A stretch of 64,000 nt of DNA from Octopus vulgaris (taxonomy: Eukaryota), in contig OX597822.1 of NCBI GenBank assembly GCA_951406725.2, positions 61,752,001 through 61,816,000 on the forward strand, written 5' to 3'. A program made the translations under genes and the position numbers. Positions within the stretch are counted from its first letter, which is position 1. Each line of letters opens with the position of its first letter. The notes under the pieces were generated by a model that searched no databases, was not told the DNA's origin, and saw only the letters and a list, made by a program, of their open reading frames with translations. Shown one piece after another: positions 1 through 14,800 of the stretch.

Positions 1-36
1 TACTAGCCCGCTGCTTTAGTACTAATAGTAATAATC

Positions 37-388
37 ATTTCTACTAAAGGTACAAGACCCGAAATTTGGGTAGAGGGGACTAATCGATTACATCGACCCT
101 AGTACGCAACTGGTGCTTAATTTGTCGCCTCAAAAGGATGAAAGGTAAAGTCGACTTCGGCGGAATTTGAACTCAGAACGTAAAGATGGACGAAATACTT
201 ATCTCTTTACTACCCACAGAAAGGGCAAACAAGGACAGAAACGGATTAAGTCGATATATATCGACCCCAGTGCGTAACTGGTACTTATTTAATCGACCCC
301 AAAAGGATAAAAGGCAAAGTCGACTTCGGAGGAATTTGAACTCAGAACGTAGCGGCAGACGAAACACCACTAAGCATTTCATCCGGTG
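37..388 (-). mobile_element. SINE family A (tRNA-derived), duplicated internal module
   Basis: Reverse complement of the 1601-1997 element; two copies of GAAAGGATGAAAGG(C/T)AAAGTCGAC...GGAATTTGAACTCAGAACG. Confidence 0.8.
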
Positions 389-397
389 AGTGCTAAT

Positions 398-647
398 AGT
401 TCCTTCTCGAGCCATGCCAGGCTCATGAGGGCCGATATCCTCCAGTTTCAGTGGCGTAGATATTCCCCACCTAGATGGGACGCCGCTCCGTCGCAGGATT
501 ACTCATTTTTGCCAGTTAAGTGGACTGAAGTAACGTGAAATGAAGTGTTTTGCTCAAGAACACAACACACCGCCCGGTCTAGGAATCGAAACCACAACCA
601 TACGACCATGAATTCAACACCTTAACCACTAAGCCACGCGCCTCCAC
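398..647 (-). mobile_element. SINE family D with V-SINE-like tail
   Basis: Minus strand starts GTGGAGGCGCGTGGCTTAGTGGTTAAGG (A box) ...GGTTTCGATTCC (B box); body shared with 33855-34000; tail shared with 33650-33757. Confidence 0.7.
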
Positions 648-679
648 GAGTACTAATAGTAATAATACTATAAATGATG

Positions 680-1430
680 GTTTCAAATTTTTGCAGAAGC
701 CCAGCAGTTTCGTGGGAGGGGGCAAGTCGATTACATGAACATGAGTGCTCAACTAGTACTCATTTTATTGACCCGAAAGGATGCAATGTAAAGTTGATCT
801 CGGAAGAATTTGAACTCAAAATGTAACTGGCAATGACGAGCAATTTCAGGGGATGGGATAGGTCGATTACAACGATCCCAATGTTCAACTGATACTTATT
901 TCATCGATCCGAAAGGATGAAAGGCGGAATTTGAACTCAGAATGCTTGATGGACAAAATGCTACTTAGCAATTTTCCCGGTGTATCAATGATTCCACCAG
1001 CTTGCCGCATTGCAACTGTAACTATATTAGTTTCGAAGTTTGGCACAACGCCATCAATTTCAGGAGAGGGAATAAGTCGATTACATCACCCACCCCCCGC
1101 CAATACTTAACTGGTACTTATTTTATCGACTCCAAAGTTGACCTCGGTAAAATTTGAACAGCTGTAATAAAATTGATAACGATAACAAGTTGGGTTGTAG
1201 TAACGATTGTAATAATCCTTCTACTGGAGGTACAAGGTCTCATATTTGTGGAGTTGGGACTTGTAGATTATATCGACCCCAGCGTTTCACTGGTACTCAT
1301 TTTATCGACCTCGAAAGGATGAAAAGCAAAGTCGACCTCGGCGAAATTTGGATTCAGAACGTAGCGACGTTCTGAAATACAGCTAAGCATTTCGTCCAGC
1401 GCGCTAACGATTCTTCCAGCTCACCGCCTT
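680..1430 (-). mobile_element. Cluster of degenerate SINE-A copies
   Basis: About four repeats of GTCGATTACA...GAAAGGATG...GAATTTGAAC. Confidence 0.7.
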
Positions 1431-1600
1431 AGTAACGATTATAATAATGATAATAGTTACAATATTAATAATAGAAGTACAAACAATCAAAAGAAAAACG
1501 TAGCATAGCTAATTTTTGTACTATTTGTAGAGTAATGAGAATAAAAGCAAATAATTCTAATAATAAAATTTCTTCTTATATCAATAATGGGAATTTTCAA

Positions 1601-1997
1601 GGCGGCGAGCTGGCAGAAACGTTAGCACGCCGGGCGAAATGCTTAGCGGTATTTCGTCTGCCGCTACGTTCTGAGTTCAAATTCCACCAAGGTCGACTTT
1701 GCCTTTCATCCTTTCGGGGTCGATTAAATAAGTACCAGTTACGCCCTGGGGTCGATATATATCGACTTAATCCGTTTGCTTGTCTTTGTTTGTCTTCTCT
1801 GTGTTTAGCCCCTTGTGGGTAGTAAAGAGATAAGTATTTCGTCTGCCGCTAATTTCTGAGTTCAAATTCCGCAGAGGTCGACTTTGCCTTTCATCCTTTC
1901 GGAGTTGATAAATTAGTACCAGTGGCGTACTGGGGTGGATCTAATCGACTGGCCCCCTCCCCCAAAATTTGGGACCTTGTGCCTAGAGTAGAAATAA
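1601..1997 (+). mobile_element. SINE family A, complete dimeric form
   Basis: tRNA-like head GGCGGCGAGCTGGCAGAA...GAGTTCAAATTCC; central GCCTTTCATCCTTTCGGGGTCGAT (resembles the Nin/Deu-type SINE domain, from recall) present twice; tail CCTTGTGCCTAGAGTAGAA. Confidence 0.85.
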
Positions 1998-2363
1998 ATA
2001 ATAAGAATTTTCTACCTCTGCCTTTTTCTTTTCTAAACCGTGATACAAATTTATGTAATTGGAGCCTGAGAGAAAATTGGCCTCTTAATAGTCACTGCAA
2101 CTTAATAATCCCTTCTAATTTGCCAACTACAACGTAATAATGAAGCTTATATAATTACTATTTAAAACCCATAATTCTTTTATATTCTGTATTCGTTTCA
2201 ATTCAAATTTGAAACTAAGATATTAAATACACTTCCATAAATATTCTGAAAATACCCTAAAGAGCGCTACATCTCTTGGTAAACATATCTTCAATCTGAA
2301 AACAAAGATATTTTCCAACTTCTCTTAACATGGAACCAATGATAGCCTTAATTCACAAATAAA

Positions 2364-2408
<45 letters not shown>

Positions 2409-2815
2409 CAGAGAGAGAGAGAGAGAGAGACTTGTGCATGAAACTTTTTTGTGCGAGCGTGTATGCGGGTATGTATATTTTTCGGCGAATGTGTGGGTGA
2501 GCATGTGTGTTTCAAGTGAGGGTGGATGAGTATATATTTATAGACGCATGTACGTGAGTTTGCGGGCGCGAATGTGTAGGTATGGACATGTGCGCTTACG
2601 CGAATATTATGAACATTTTACTCCCTTACCTTTAATCCCTACCCTCACTCTTTTGTCTTAATAACGGTCAATCACACAGTAATTTCCCTTCGTTTAACGG
2701 TCATTTCCATAGCTCTTTTACGATGGCCGGATAACTGAAGAGATGGCGACGTGGGTTTTATCATGACTACCGAATAATTGCCACATATTATAGTTACAGA
2801 ATATATATTTACAGA

Positions 2816-2851
<36 letters not shown>

Positions 2852-3156
2852 ATATAAATACACAGAGTAGCAGAAGGTTGTGCTAAGATACAAGACGTGT
2901 TAGAAAATACGAGTCAAACATGCTCTTATCACATGAAATTAATAGTAGCGCAAAAAAATCGTATATTGTGTATATTAAATGATATTTATCGCTCGCCAGA
3001 TGGAGTTTTTCTTTGTTGATCATACCATTACGGAACAATACACTATATATTTATGTATACATACATACATACACACACACACACATATACACGCACATAC
3101 ACACACACACAAACACACGCACACACACACACACACACACAAACACATATATATAT

Positions 3157-3314
3157 TACCGTTTTCATCACAACAGTCCGACGAACGGAACGCGAAACTT
3201 TGAGTAGTAGTCTTGTGATATTTTTTCAGTTTTAATAAAAGCATATTGCTCTACCCCTGTATTCGAATATCGTTTTTTCCACCTTGTTTTGCACTTACGT
3301 GCACACCTGTGTAC
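3157..3314 (+). mobile_element. Probable PLE pseudo-LTR remnant with degenerate hammerhead
   Basis: CCGACGA-ACGGAACGC-GAAA-CTTTGAG-TA between two microsatellites. Confidence 0.45.
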
Positions 3315-3361
<47 letters not shown>

Positions 3362-3370
3362 CATACCTAC

Positions 3371-3427
<57 letters not shown>

Positions 3428-3479
3428 TGTGTGTGTGTATAATAGTGATAAATGTGAAAGTGAATGTTAGTGTGTCAGT

Positions 3480-4285
3480 GTGTCACATTTTTCAACTTTA
3501 CTCCTCCGACCCACTCTCTCACTATTCAATGACACTTCTACTATTCCCCGTGCTTTACCCCTCTCTCGCTAGTTAATGACGCTCCTATTATTCCTTATGC
3601 TTTACCCCACTCTTTCCCACTATCCAATGACTCTTCTACTGTTCTTCATTCTTGGTTTTTTCTTAATCCTAACATTTTGAAAAAGTATTTCTCTAAATAT
3701 TATAACTATTTCCAAACGTAATTTCCAAAATAAACATTTTGAAAAAATCTTTCTCTAAATATCAGTATCAAGTAATTGAACCACAACACGTACTTCATGA
3801 CGTTCGGAACTGAAATACGTATTGAACTCACTCTCTCATACAATATTACTTCTCATAGCTCTCTGCCATAAAAACGTTGGATACTTAGTATTTTTTCAGA
3901 TATTAATAAAATATGTCGGATCTATTTTCATGCCGTCGGCCGTCGGAGTTATGGAAACTTAGCGCACTCCGACTGCATGAAAACAGATTCGACTAATATT
4001 ATTACCTTAAAAATATTTAAAAATACTAAATTTCAAATATTTTTGTGGTCAAATACGTTTCGAGCAATTCTAAACCTTAATTGCACTTTAAAATAGTGTT
4101 TAGCGACAGTAGTGTAATTTTCCTTCAAACTACGAAATGGAGTTTAGATACGTACTAGCTACTACAAATAATTGGTTGTACGAAAAGTAAGGCTCTACGT
4201 ACATCAAAATGTCTTTAAATTAAGTGGCAACAGAAAAATTATCGCTGAACTTTTAAAAGGTAAGTTTATTGTTGTCTACGGCCAG
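3480..4285 (+). mobile_element. Diverged fragment of the Helitron 5' non-coding region
   Basis: Collinear with the minus strand of 6800-7740 (CTCACTATTCAAT, CGTATTGAACTCACTCTCTCATACA, ATAGTGTTTAGCGA). Confidence 0.65.
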
Positions 4286-4291
4286 TTATAT

Positions 4292-4571
4292 CAGATGTTG
4301 CTACACATCGCTGGTCACAAAGCACTTCGCATTGTTTTAGCCTTCAAATGACGCCACCCCACTGGCTAAGCGAGCAGGCCAACAGAAGAAAGAGTGAAAG
4401 AAAGTTGTGGCGAAAGAGTACAGCAGGGATCGCCACCACCCCCTGCCGGAGCATCGTGGAGCTTTAGGTGTTTTCGCTCAATAAACACTCACAATGCCTG
4501 GTCTGGGAATCGAAACCGTGATCCTACGACCGCGAGTCCGCTACTCTAACAACTGGGCCATTGCGCCTCCA
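4292..4571 (-). mobile_element. SINE family C (tail type 1)
   Basis: Minus strand GGAGGCGCAATGGCCCAG...TTTCGATTCCCAGACC head; matches 47418-47720. Confidence 0.85.
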
Positions 4572-4649
4572 TATATATATATATATGATTGATTGATTGA
4601 TTGATTCTAGTTTCAGCTTATGAGCTGTGGCCATGCTGGGGCACCGCCA

Positions 4650-6600
<1,951 letters not shown>

Positions 6601-7390
6601 CTGTTTTTTTTCAATTAACGTCCGTTGGCTTTGCTCAGCGATCTTATGTGAACGAGAATTTATTCGGGACAAGTTGTTGCCCTTTTTTTCTGGGCATAGT
6701 GTACTGATGAAAGCGTGATTATTTATGACAATTATACAGTGAAAGTTTTGAGACGATTCAGCTAGTATTTGAGCTAATTTCTCTGAACGAGAAGTTTTCA
6801 CGGTATTTATTATAAATATTTACCTTAGGTATTTATTTACAATTACACCACTCTCGCTAAACACTATTTTAAAGTGCGCTTTTTATGTCGTTGAATTGCT
6901 CTAAACGAATTTGACCATAAAAATGTCGGAAATTTAGTATTTTTAAGGTAATAATAATAGAATTAGTCGAACCTATTTTCCTGCAGTCGAATGTGAAAAG
7001 TTTCCGAAATTTCCACATTTGTTACGTCTGCTATTTCAGAATTCTGCGCATGCGTGAAACATCAGACGAGAGTACATTCAATAACATATTCATACACGCA
7101 ACGACGTATAACTAAAGCCCAGACGGTCGAGGGCATGAAAATAGGTCCGATATATTTTATCTTAAAAAATACTAAATTTCCAACATTTTTATGGTAAAAT
7201 TCGTTTAAAGCAATTTAGTAACATAAAAATTGCACTTTAAGATAGTGTTTAGCAAGTATGGTGTATTTGTAATTTCCACCGAAGACTAAGTTTTTAATTT
7301 ATTTATTTATTTATTTTGCATAATGACATCAATAGAGACATTTGAAAGAATGCAACTGGTTAAGAGAGAATGAAGTAAGAGAAGTAAATA

Positions 7391-7423
<33 letters not shown>

Positions 7424-7571
7424 GGTTTATGAGAGGTAACACTGTATGAGAGAGTGAGTTCAATACGTAATATATATATGTGAGAGAGAAACATCAAAGT
7501 AACACCGACGGAGACATGGAAAAGTGCGCAACCGGTTAAGAGAGAGTGAGTTAAGAGAAGCAGTAAATATG

Positions 7572-7615
<44 letters not shown>

Positions 7616-8117
7616 TTATGAGAGGTAACGTTGTATGCAATTCTGTCAATTGCCACTCGTCACACTGGAGCTTTCAATAAGTGAAAGAGGTAATAAGCAT
7701 GAGGAATAGTAGAAGAGTAATTGAATAGTGAGAAAAGGGTAATTCGTTTTGTCGGATTTTACCAGACTAGAACCGGGCTGGTAAATTTTCGTGAATCCCA
7801 TATAGATGTTGACATTCTCCGGATACCCTCGATTCCTCATGCCAAGTTTGGTCAAAATCGGTTGAGCGAAAGCAATGTAGCCACAAAGTCAGGGATCGGT
7901 TTCACATACACTTAGCATTTGAATGCGGTACCCTCAGAATGGACCTGGACCGTTTAATTTTCGGGAATCCCACATAAATGCTGATACTCTCCCGTACCTA
8001 TGGTTCCTCATGCAAAGTTTTGTCGAAATCGGTCCAGTGGTTGCAGATGAGTTTGGTAACAAAATGTTGACACACACACACACACACACACACACACGTA
8101 AGTAGCGCAACTAAATA

Positions 8118-8855
8118 TGGGTTGTCCGGAAAGTTCGTGCCGATTTATTGTAGCTTACCTTTCGACTTATTTTAGTACATGGTTGAATCCATAAGATAGG
8201 ATTTGACTACACCTCCATTTAGAGCACAGTTTGAGCTATCTTTTCGTGGAAGAAGAGTTATGTTCCTATAACCTGTGTTATTCTGTAACCCTTTAAAATG
8301 AAAGCTAAGAAAGTTCCTTTTCGGCACTTGATGCTTTGAGAACCAGACACAAATTGCTGCAGTTCGGCTGGGATATGTTACCTCACCCTCCATATTCGCC
8401 AGATATTATTCCTTCGGATTTCCACTTATTCAGGTCTCTGCAGAATAGTCTTAATGGTAAAAATTTCAATTCCTTGGATGACGTAAAAAGATACCTTGAT
8501 GAATTCTTTGCCATGAAACCACCTCAATTCTGGGAAGAGGGTATTTTCAAGTTAATGGAAAGATGGAAACGCATTGTGCAAGAAAATGGTTCATATTTGG
8601 TTGATTAAAAATGTAATGGCAAGTATTTATTGATCTTTTTCTTTCCTTTAAAAATTGGCACGAATTTTCTGGACAACTCAATACTTTGAGACAGTGAGGT
8701 GATGTCACTTTAGGTAGATTTGGCTGCTATTTCTGGCATTTTGAGCGACTACATAGAGACACCTGCGTCAGCTTTTTGTTTAAAAATATAATGGCAAGTA
8801 TTTTTGGCCTTTTTCTTTCCTTTAAAAATCGGCACGAACTTTCCGGACAACCCAA
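8118..8855 (+). mobile_element. Internally deleted mariner with duplicated right end
   Basis: TIR TGGGTTGTCCGGAAAGTTCGTGCCGATTT at 8118 with inverted copies at 8651-8683 and 8825-8857; flanking TA. Confidence 0.9.
8336..8608 (+). pseudogene. Mariner transposase C-terminal fragment
   Basis: LPHPPYSPDIIPSDFHLFRSLQN...GIFKLMERWKRIVQENGSY (YSPDL-type motif). Confidence 0.9.
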
Positions 8856-9854
8856 TAGTATAGATTTTGAAGAACCTTGATTAATTTTACCTTGTAAGGC
8901 TAGTTGGCTAATGTTCAAGGGCTTCTATGAGCTGAAAGATTAAGTGAAATATTTTATGGTATTATGGACTTAAAGGACTAAAACTGGTTATGTGATTTTT
9001 TTAGCAATATCACTAACCAGAGAAATAGACAAGTTAGAAATAACAAGAATTTGATCAGTTTATTTTCTTTCTTTTTAACAAGAACTCTGAATTAATAATC
9101 GTAACTCAAGTGAAATAAAAAAAAAGAATATCAAATGCCTGGTACGTTTACTAACTCTGAAAGAACTAGATTCAATAGTGAAGTATGCTGCCAGAGTGTT
9201 TCAATATTTTGAATAAATTTGAAAAGCAGACTCGAGAATTCACTAAATATTCACCACTCAAATGAATATCCTGTCTACTACATTTAAAATTACATAATTA
9301 TTGATGTCTGAACTTAATAATTTAATAGATTATCTATTTTGGAATTTAGTAAATCCTACGTGGATAAAGGAAAATAGCTCCTTTTGTAAATCATATATTT
9401 AAAAGTTTTTCTTAACATTAAATTTTACCAAGAAATACATGCATGTTAGACTAATGATAATTACAATTGTTGATCGTCAGTCCTACTTGTCATTTCCAAA
9501 TTTTCAGGGGCAAAATACAATTGCCATTTTCATTAAGATAGAAAGTAAAAATTTTCATTAAATTTAAGACATTAATTTCTGTGCCTTGTTCTGTTTCACT
9601 TAATTAACGTATGTACCATTTTAATTAAAATTGCCTGAAGTGATTACATGCACACATACCTGCAAATATATAAAATTAAAGAAACATGACTTTCCCTTGC
9701 GTTCCTAAAGATTTTTATACCCTTGTAAATTTACTCCAAAAAGTTTTCGCCTGTACTACATAATCAAACCGCCTATTGAATATATCAGTCGACTTTCTTT
9801 TAAATCACACACCAATATCTTCAAAATTAAAAGAAACAATGGATAATATAATTT

Positions 9855-9943
<89 letters not shown>

Positions 9944-10286
9944 TACAAAAATACATGCATGTGTACATACATACGTACATACATAGATCTTAGAATTCGT
10001 ATGACTGAGTACAGGTAAAAGTATGACTTTTACGTTTCATGCTTTCAGCAATTCTCAGTTTTATTTCGTAGCAGTATTACCCGACAGTTATGTTTCACAA
10101 TTGATGACTGTTAATATTGTAAAATTGTGGAAAATACAAAACTAAAACATAAAAATCAGACTATGCTGGAATTACATTGACATAGATAAACAGGTACATA
10201 CGTACATGCATATATATATATATATATATGCACAAATAAACATATATATACATCTATATATAAATATGTATGTATATCTATCTATC

Positions 10287-10317
<31 letters not shown>

Positions 10318-10387
10318 AATAAAATATAAATATATGCATATATACATACATATATGTACATACCTACATCTATATGTATATATACAT

Positions 10388-10630
10388 GCATATATGGGTA
10401 CAGGACATAAAAAAACGTTGAACACAATGAGAAACGAAAACATAAAAACAAAAACATGGAAACGAACTTTTTTTCAAAGAACGAAAAAACGTAGTACAAG
10501 ACATACAACACAAGGAATATTCCCCTTCTTCAGTTGTCCCTGTTTCGTCTACTCCGCGTTTTCAAAGGTAAGGACAAGACGCGACTTCGTTGAAACAGTC
10601 CTTCCCGCAAAGCAAATTAAATAAAATTTG
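10388..10630 (-). mobile_element. Unclassified retroelement terminus (same family as 18650-18808)
   Basis: Shared end GTCCTGTACCCATATATGCAT next to (TA)n and shared GGAGTAGA...GACAA(C/G)TGANGAAGGG. Confidence 0.5.
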
Positions 10631-10969
10631 GGATTTTTTGCGGAGGGTTAAAAGTGGTAACAAAAACAGGACAGTAAGAACAAAACAAGACAGTAAAAAC
10701 AACAAAAGAAGAAAAAAGTATAAGACAGAACAAAGAGAATATCACAGCAAAAACAAACGATGAGGGCTGTTAAGTCAAGTCGAGGTAAAAATTATTCTGA
10801 ACGCTTAAGGAGACAGCTTATGAGAGAGACAGGATAAGCGGTCTGGTCTTGGTGAAGATAGCAGTTGGAAAGATGGCTTCCCTCTGATCACGTGTCAGTG
10901 ACGAGAGAATCAAGGAGGAGGAGTAAGAGAGAGAGAACGGTGAAGGGGATATATATATGTATATGTATC

Positions 10970-11210
10970 GAGAGTTGAACAGACAGAACACAACAAGGAT
11001 AAAAGGTTAGACGAAAGCAGAGAAAACGTGAGACTTAACGGATGGGAAAAATTGACGAAGACACGACACATAGAATATTCGCAGCTGAGTTTTCCTCGTC
11101 AGTCATTGACCCAAAATATCACAGTGGTTTCGCGCCATTACCATTGAGACCACTTAATCTTGGAGGCGCCAGTGCAGTTACTAAGCTACTGGGAAAAAGC
11201 TAGCGAATGT
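10970..11210. repeat. About 240-bp diverged direct repeat, copy 1
   Basis: GTTGAACAGACAGAACACAACAAGG...AGTGGTTTCGCGCCATTACCATTGAGACCACT...AAGCTAGCGAA recurs at 15765-16012. Confidence 0.85.
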
Positions 11211-11814
11211 ATACGAAGACGAACAAACAAGACATTATATAGATACAAAGACGAAGAATTATGCATATATAACAGCACAAAGCTTTACAGCTATATACAA
11301 CAGAATAAAAAAATTATTATTATACATATACCACAAATATAACAGAAAGTGCTTTTCAGCTATCGAACGAACTTAGTGGGGTTGCGCAAAGATGAAATGG
11401 GGTAAGTCCTAGTGGACGTAGCAGGAGCCTAGAGCAGCATGACCAGACTAGTCAAGGCAGAGCCAAAAAGAACAACACCGCCTTCACCGGCCATGGGTCA
11501 CGTGGTAGGGAAGAGGAAGAATGGGAGATAGAGAGAGAAAGAGAACTAAGAAGCAGAGGGAGAAATGGAGTGAAAGAGAGAGTCGTGAAAGGTACAAGGG
11601 AGGTAAGCAAGGGTGAAAAGAGAGCGTAAGAGTGGAGAAAGAGGTAGAGTAAGAGGGAAAGAGGGGGATATATATATAGAGAGAGAACAGAAAGAAAGGG
11701 AAAAAGAGAGAGAAGAGAAAGGTACCAAGGGAAGCAAGCAAAGGCGGAAAGAGAGAGTAAGAGTGGAGAAAGAGGTAGAGTAAAAGTAGAAGTGGAAAGT
11801 GATAGTGATAGAGT

Positions 11815-14800
11815 GATGATGGCAATCCCTCAAGGTCGAGGATGATGGTTTTCGCGCAAATTTACTGGTGAGTCCGTAGGTGACCGATAAGACCAATTCT
11901 TGCTTGAAAAGATCGGTCGCAGTGCGGACATCTAGTGCCGGAAGGGAGAGTCGCACGTGGTTGTTGTTGGCGCTCCTTCTGTCGTCGTCTTTTCTCCTCC
12001 AGCTCTTCAGACCTTTTCGACTCGAAAGTCGCCGTTCCCTCATGGACGGTGGTTTTCCAGAGTGGTCTGTTTTTTTGCCGTATCCTCCCAGTTAGTGAAG
12101 TCGATGTCACACTTTTTGAGGTTCGTTTTCAGGGAGTCCTTGTAGCGTTTCTTCTGGCCTCCTTTTGTACGCTTGCCGTCTTTGAGTTGGGAGTAGATCT
12201 GTTTGGGAAGTCGTTCGTCAGTCATTCTAACCACGTGGCCGCTCCATCTTAGTTGGCCTTTGATGACATAGGCTTCGATGCTGGTCATTTTTGCTTCTTG
12301 TAGCACGCTGACGTTAGTTCTTCTGTCTTCCCAGCTGATGTTAAGGATCTTCCGAAGACAGCGTTGGTGAAATTTCTTGAGCGTTTTCAGGTGGTGATTA
12401 TACGGAGTCCAGGTTTCGGATGTGTAAAGGAGGGTTGGAATAATGACTGCCCTGTACACCATGAGTTTGGTTTCGGTTCGGATGTCCCGATCAGCAAAAA
12501 CTCTTGTTCAAAGCTTGCCGAAAGCTGTTCCTGCACACTTCAGACGGTGTTGGATTTCATCGCTGAGGTCTACCTTTGCTGGCAGATGGCTCCCAAGGTA
12601 GCAGAAATGGTTCACATTTTCCAGTGGAATTCCTTCGAGTTGAATCGATGGCGGGTTGTCAACACGGGCATTGGGAGGAGGTTGGTAGAGTAAGTGAGTC
12701 TTCTTGATGTTGATGCTCAGTCCAAGTTTAGTATATGCATGATGAAAAGCATTTAGGATCTGTTGGAGGTGATCCTCTCTGTAAGCTGCTACACTGTTGT
12801 CGTCGGCATATTGGAACTCTAGCAAGCTTCGCGCCATTGTCTTTGACGTACTTTTGAGGCGAGCGAGGTTGAAAAGCTTGCCGTCCATTCTGTACGAGAT
12901 CTCGATGCCAGGTGGAAGGTCATCTCGTATGATGTGCAACACTGTCGCGATAAAGATGGTAAAGAGAGTTGGCGCTATCACGCAGCCTTGCTTTACTCCG
13001 GAGGTGACTTTAAAGGGCTCAGAACTGCCTCTGTCGGTCTGGACTCTGGCGTGCATATTGTCGTGGAGGAGTTTGAGGATCCGGATGAACTTATCTGGGC
13101 ATCCATACTGGGCGAGAATATCCCAGAGGAGCTCTCGCGAGACACGATCAAAGACTTTGGATAGGTCGATAAAGGCCAAATAGAGCGGTTGGTGTTGCTC
13201 ACGACATTTTTCTTGTAACTGTCGCAGCGTGACGATCATGTCGGTTGTGCTTCGTGATGGCCTAAAGCCGGTCTGCATCTCAGGAAGGATCCTCTCTGAC
13301 AGCATTTTGAGGCGGTTGTTCAGGATGCGTTCAAGAATCTTCCCAGCAGTTGCTAATAAGGAAATACCCCGGTAATTTCCACACTCAGAACGATCGCCCT
13401 TTCGTTTGTAAATGGTAATGATGTTAGCATCCCTGAAGTCGGATGGTACAACTTCATTTGTCCAGATTTTGACCAAGAGTTGGTGGAGCTGGTGTTGGAC
13501 AAAATCACCTCCCAGTTTGTTTATCTCAGCTGGGATTCCGTCAGAACCCGCGGCTTTGTTGTTCTTCGTCGCTGTGATAGCAATTTTGACCTCTTCGAGG
13601 GATGGAATTCGAGCGAGAGAGTAATCCTTGGCCTCTTTAGGAATCATGTCAAGTATGCTTTTGTCGATGGTAGCCTTGTGATTGAGGAGGCCATCGAAGT
13701 GTTCTCTCCATCTGTCTCCTATTTCTGTGTTGCTTTTCAGGATGGTCGCTCCGTCTTTACTCTTCAGAGGAGCCTGTCCATGTGTGGAAGGTCCGTATAT
13801 TTATTTCGTGGCTTTGAAGAACCCTCTGGTGTCGTTTACATCTGCTAACTGCTGGATTTCACGAGATTTTTGTCTCCACCACTGGTTCTTCAGGGTACGG
13901 GTTGTCCTTTGAACTGCGGTTTTGTACTTTTTGAAAGACTCTCGTTTAATGGTAGACTTTGGATCATTCTGTGAGCTGATGAAAGCTTTCCGTTTTTGGT
14001 CGATCAGTTCTTTGAGAGATTCATCATTGTCGTCGAACCAGTCCTGGTCTTTCCTTTTCTTGCGACCGATGGTTTCTTCGCAAGCGGTGATGATGGTTTC
14101 TTTCAGCTGGTTCCAATTTTCTTCGACGAGATGATTTGGAGTCTTATTTTGAAGATTGACCTGTAGGCGCTGCTAGAAAGCGACACGAGTTTTTGGGTCC
14201 TGCAGTGCTTCGATGTTGAATTTCTTTACTCTGCTTTCCTTGCTGTGATATTTCACTTTTGGTCGGAGTTTGATTTTCATGGTGGAGGCGATGAGGCGAT
14301 GATCTGTCCAGCACTCATCTGCTCCAGTGGCGGCTCTGGTGAGCAACACATCTTGCTGGTCTCGGGATCTCACGATGATATAGTCGATGAGATGCCATTT
14401 TTTAGATCTTGGATGCTGCCATGAGACCTTATATCGATTCTTCTGGCGAAAAAGGGTGTTGGTTATTACCAGGTTACGTTCAGCACATTTGGTGAATAGC
14501 AGAGTTCCATTGGCATTGACTTTTCCCACTCCTTCCGTTCCGATGGTTCCTGTCCAGAGTTCACGATCTCTCCCAACTCTGGCGTTGAAATCTCCCAGGA
14601 GAATGATCTTGTCGTTCTTTGGGACGGTAGAGAGAATGCTATCAAGCTGGCTGTAAAACTCTTCCTTGACTAAATCCTCCGCGTCAAGGGTGGGAGCATA
14701 CGCGCTGATGATAGTTGCGTGCTGACTTTTGACAAGCTGGATTCGGAGGGTCATGAGTCGTGCGGACATTCCGATGGGCTGCTCTGTCAGTTTGGATAGG

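Noticed and set aside
1-2000. CRISPR-like repeat-spacer pattern
   Set aside because: The repeats are long degenerate SINE modules in eukaryotic DNA; no cas genes
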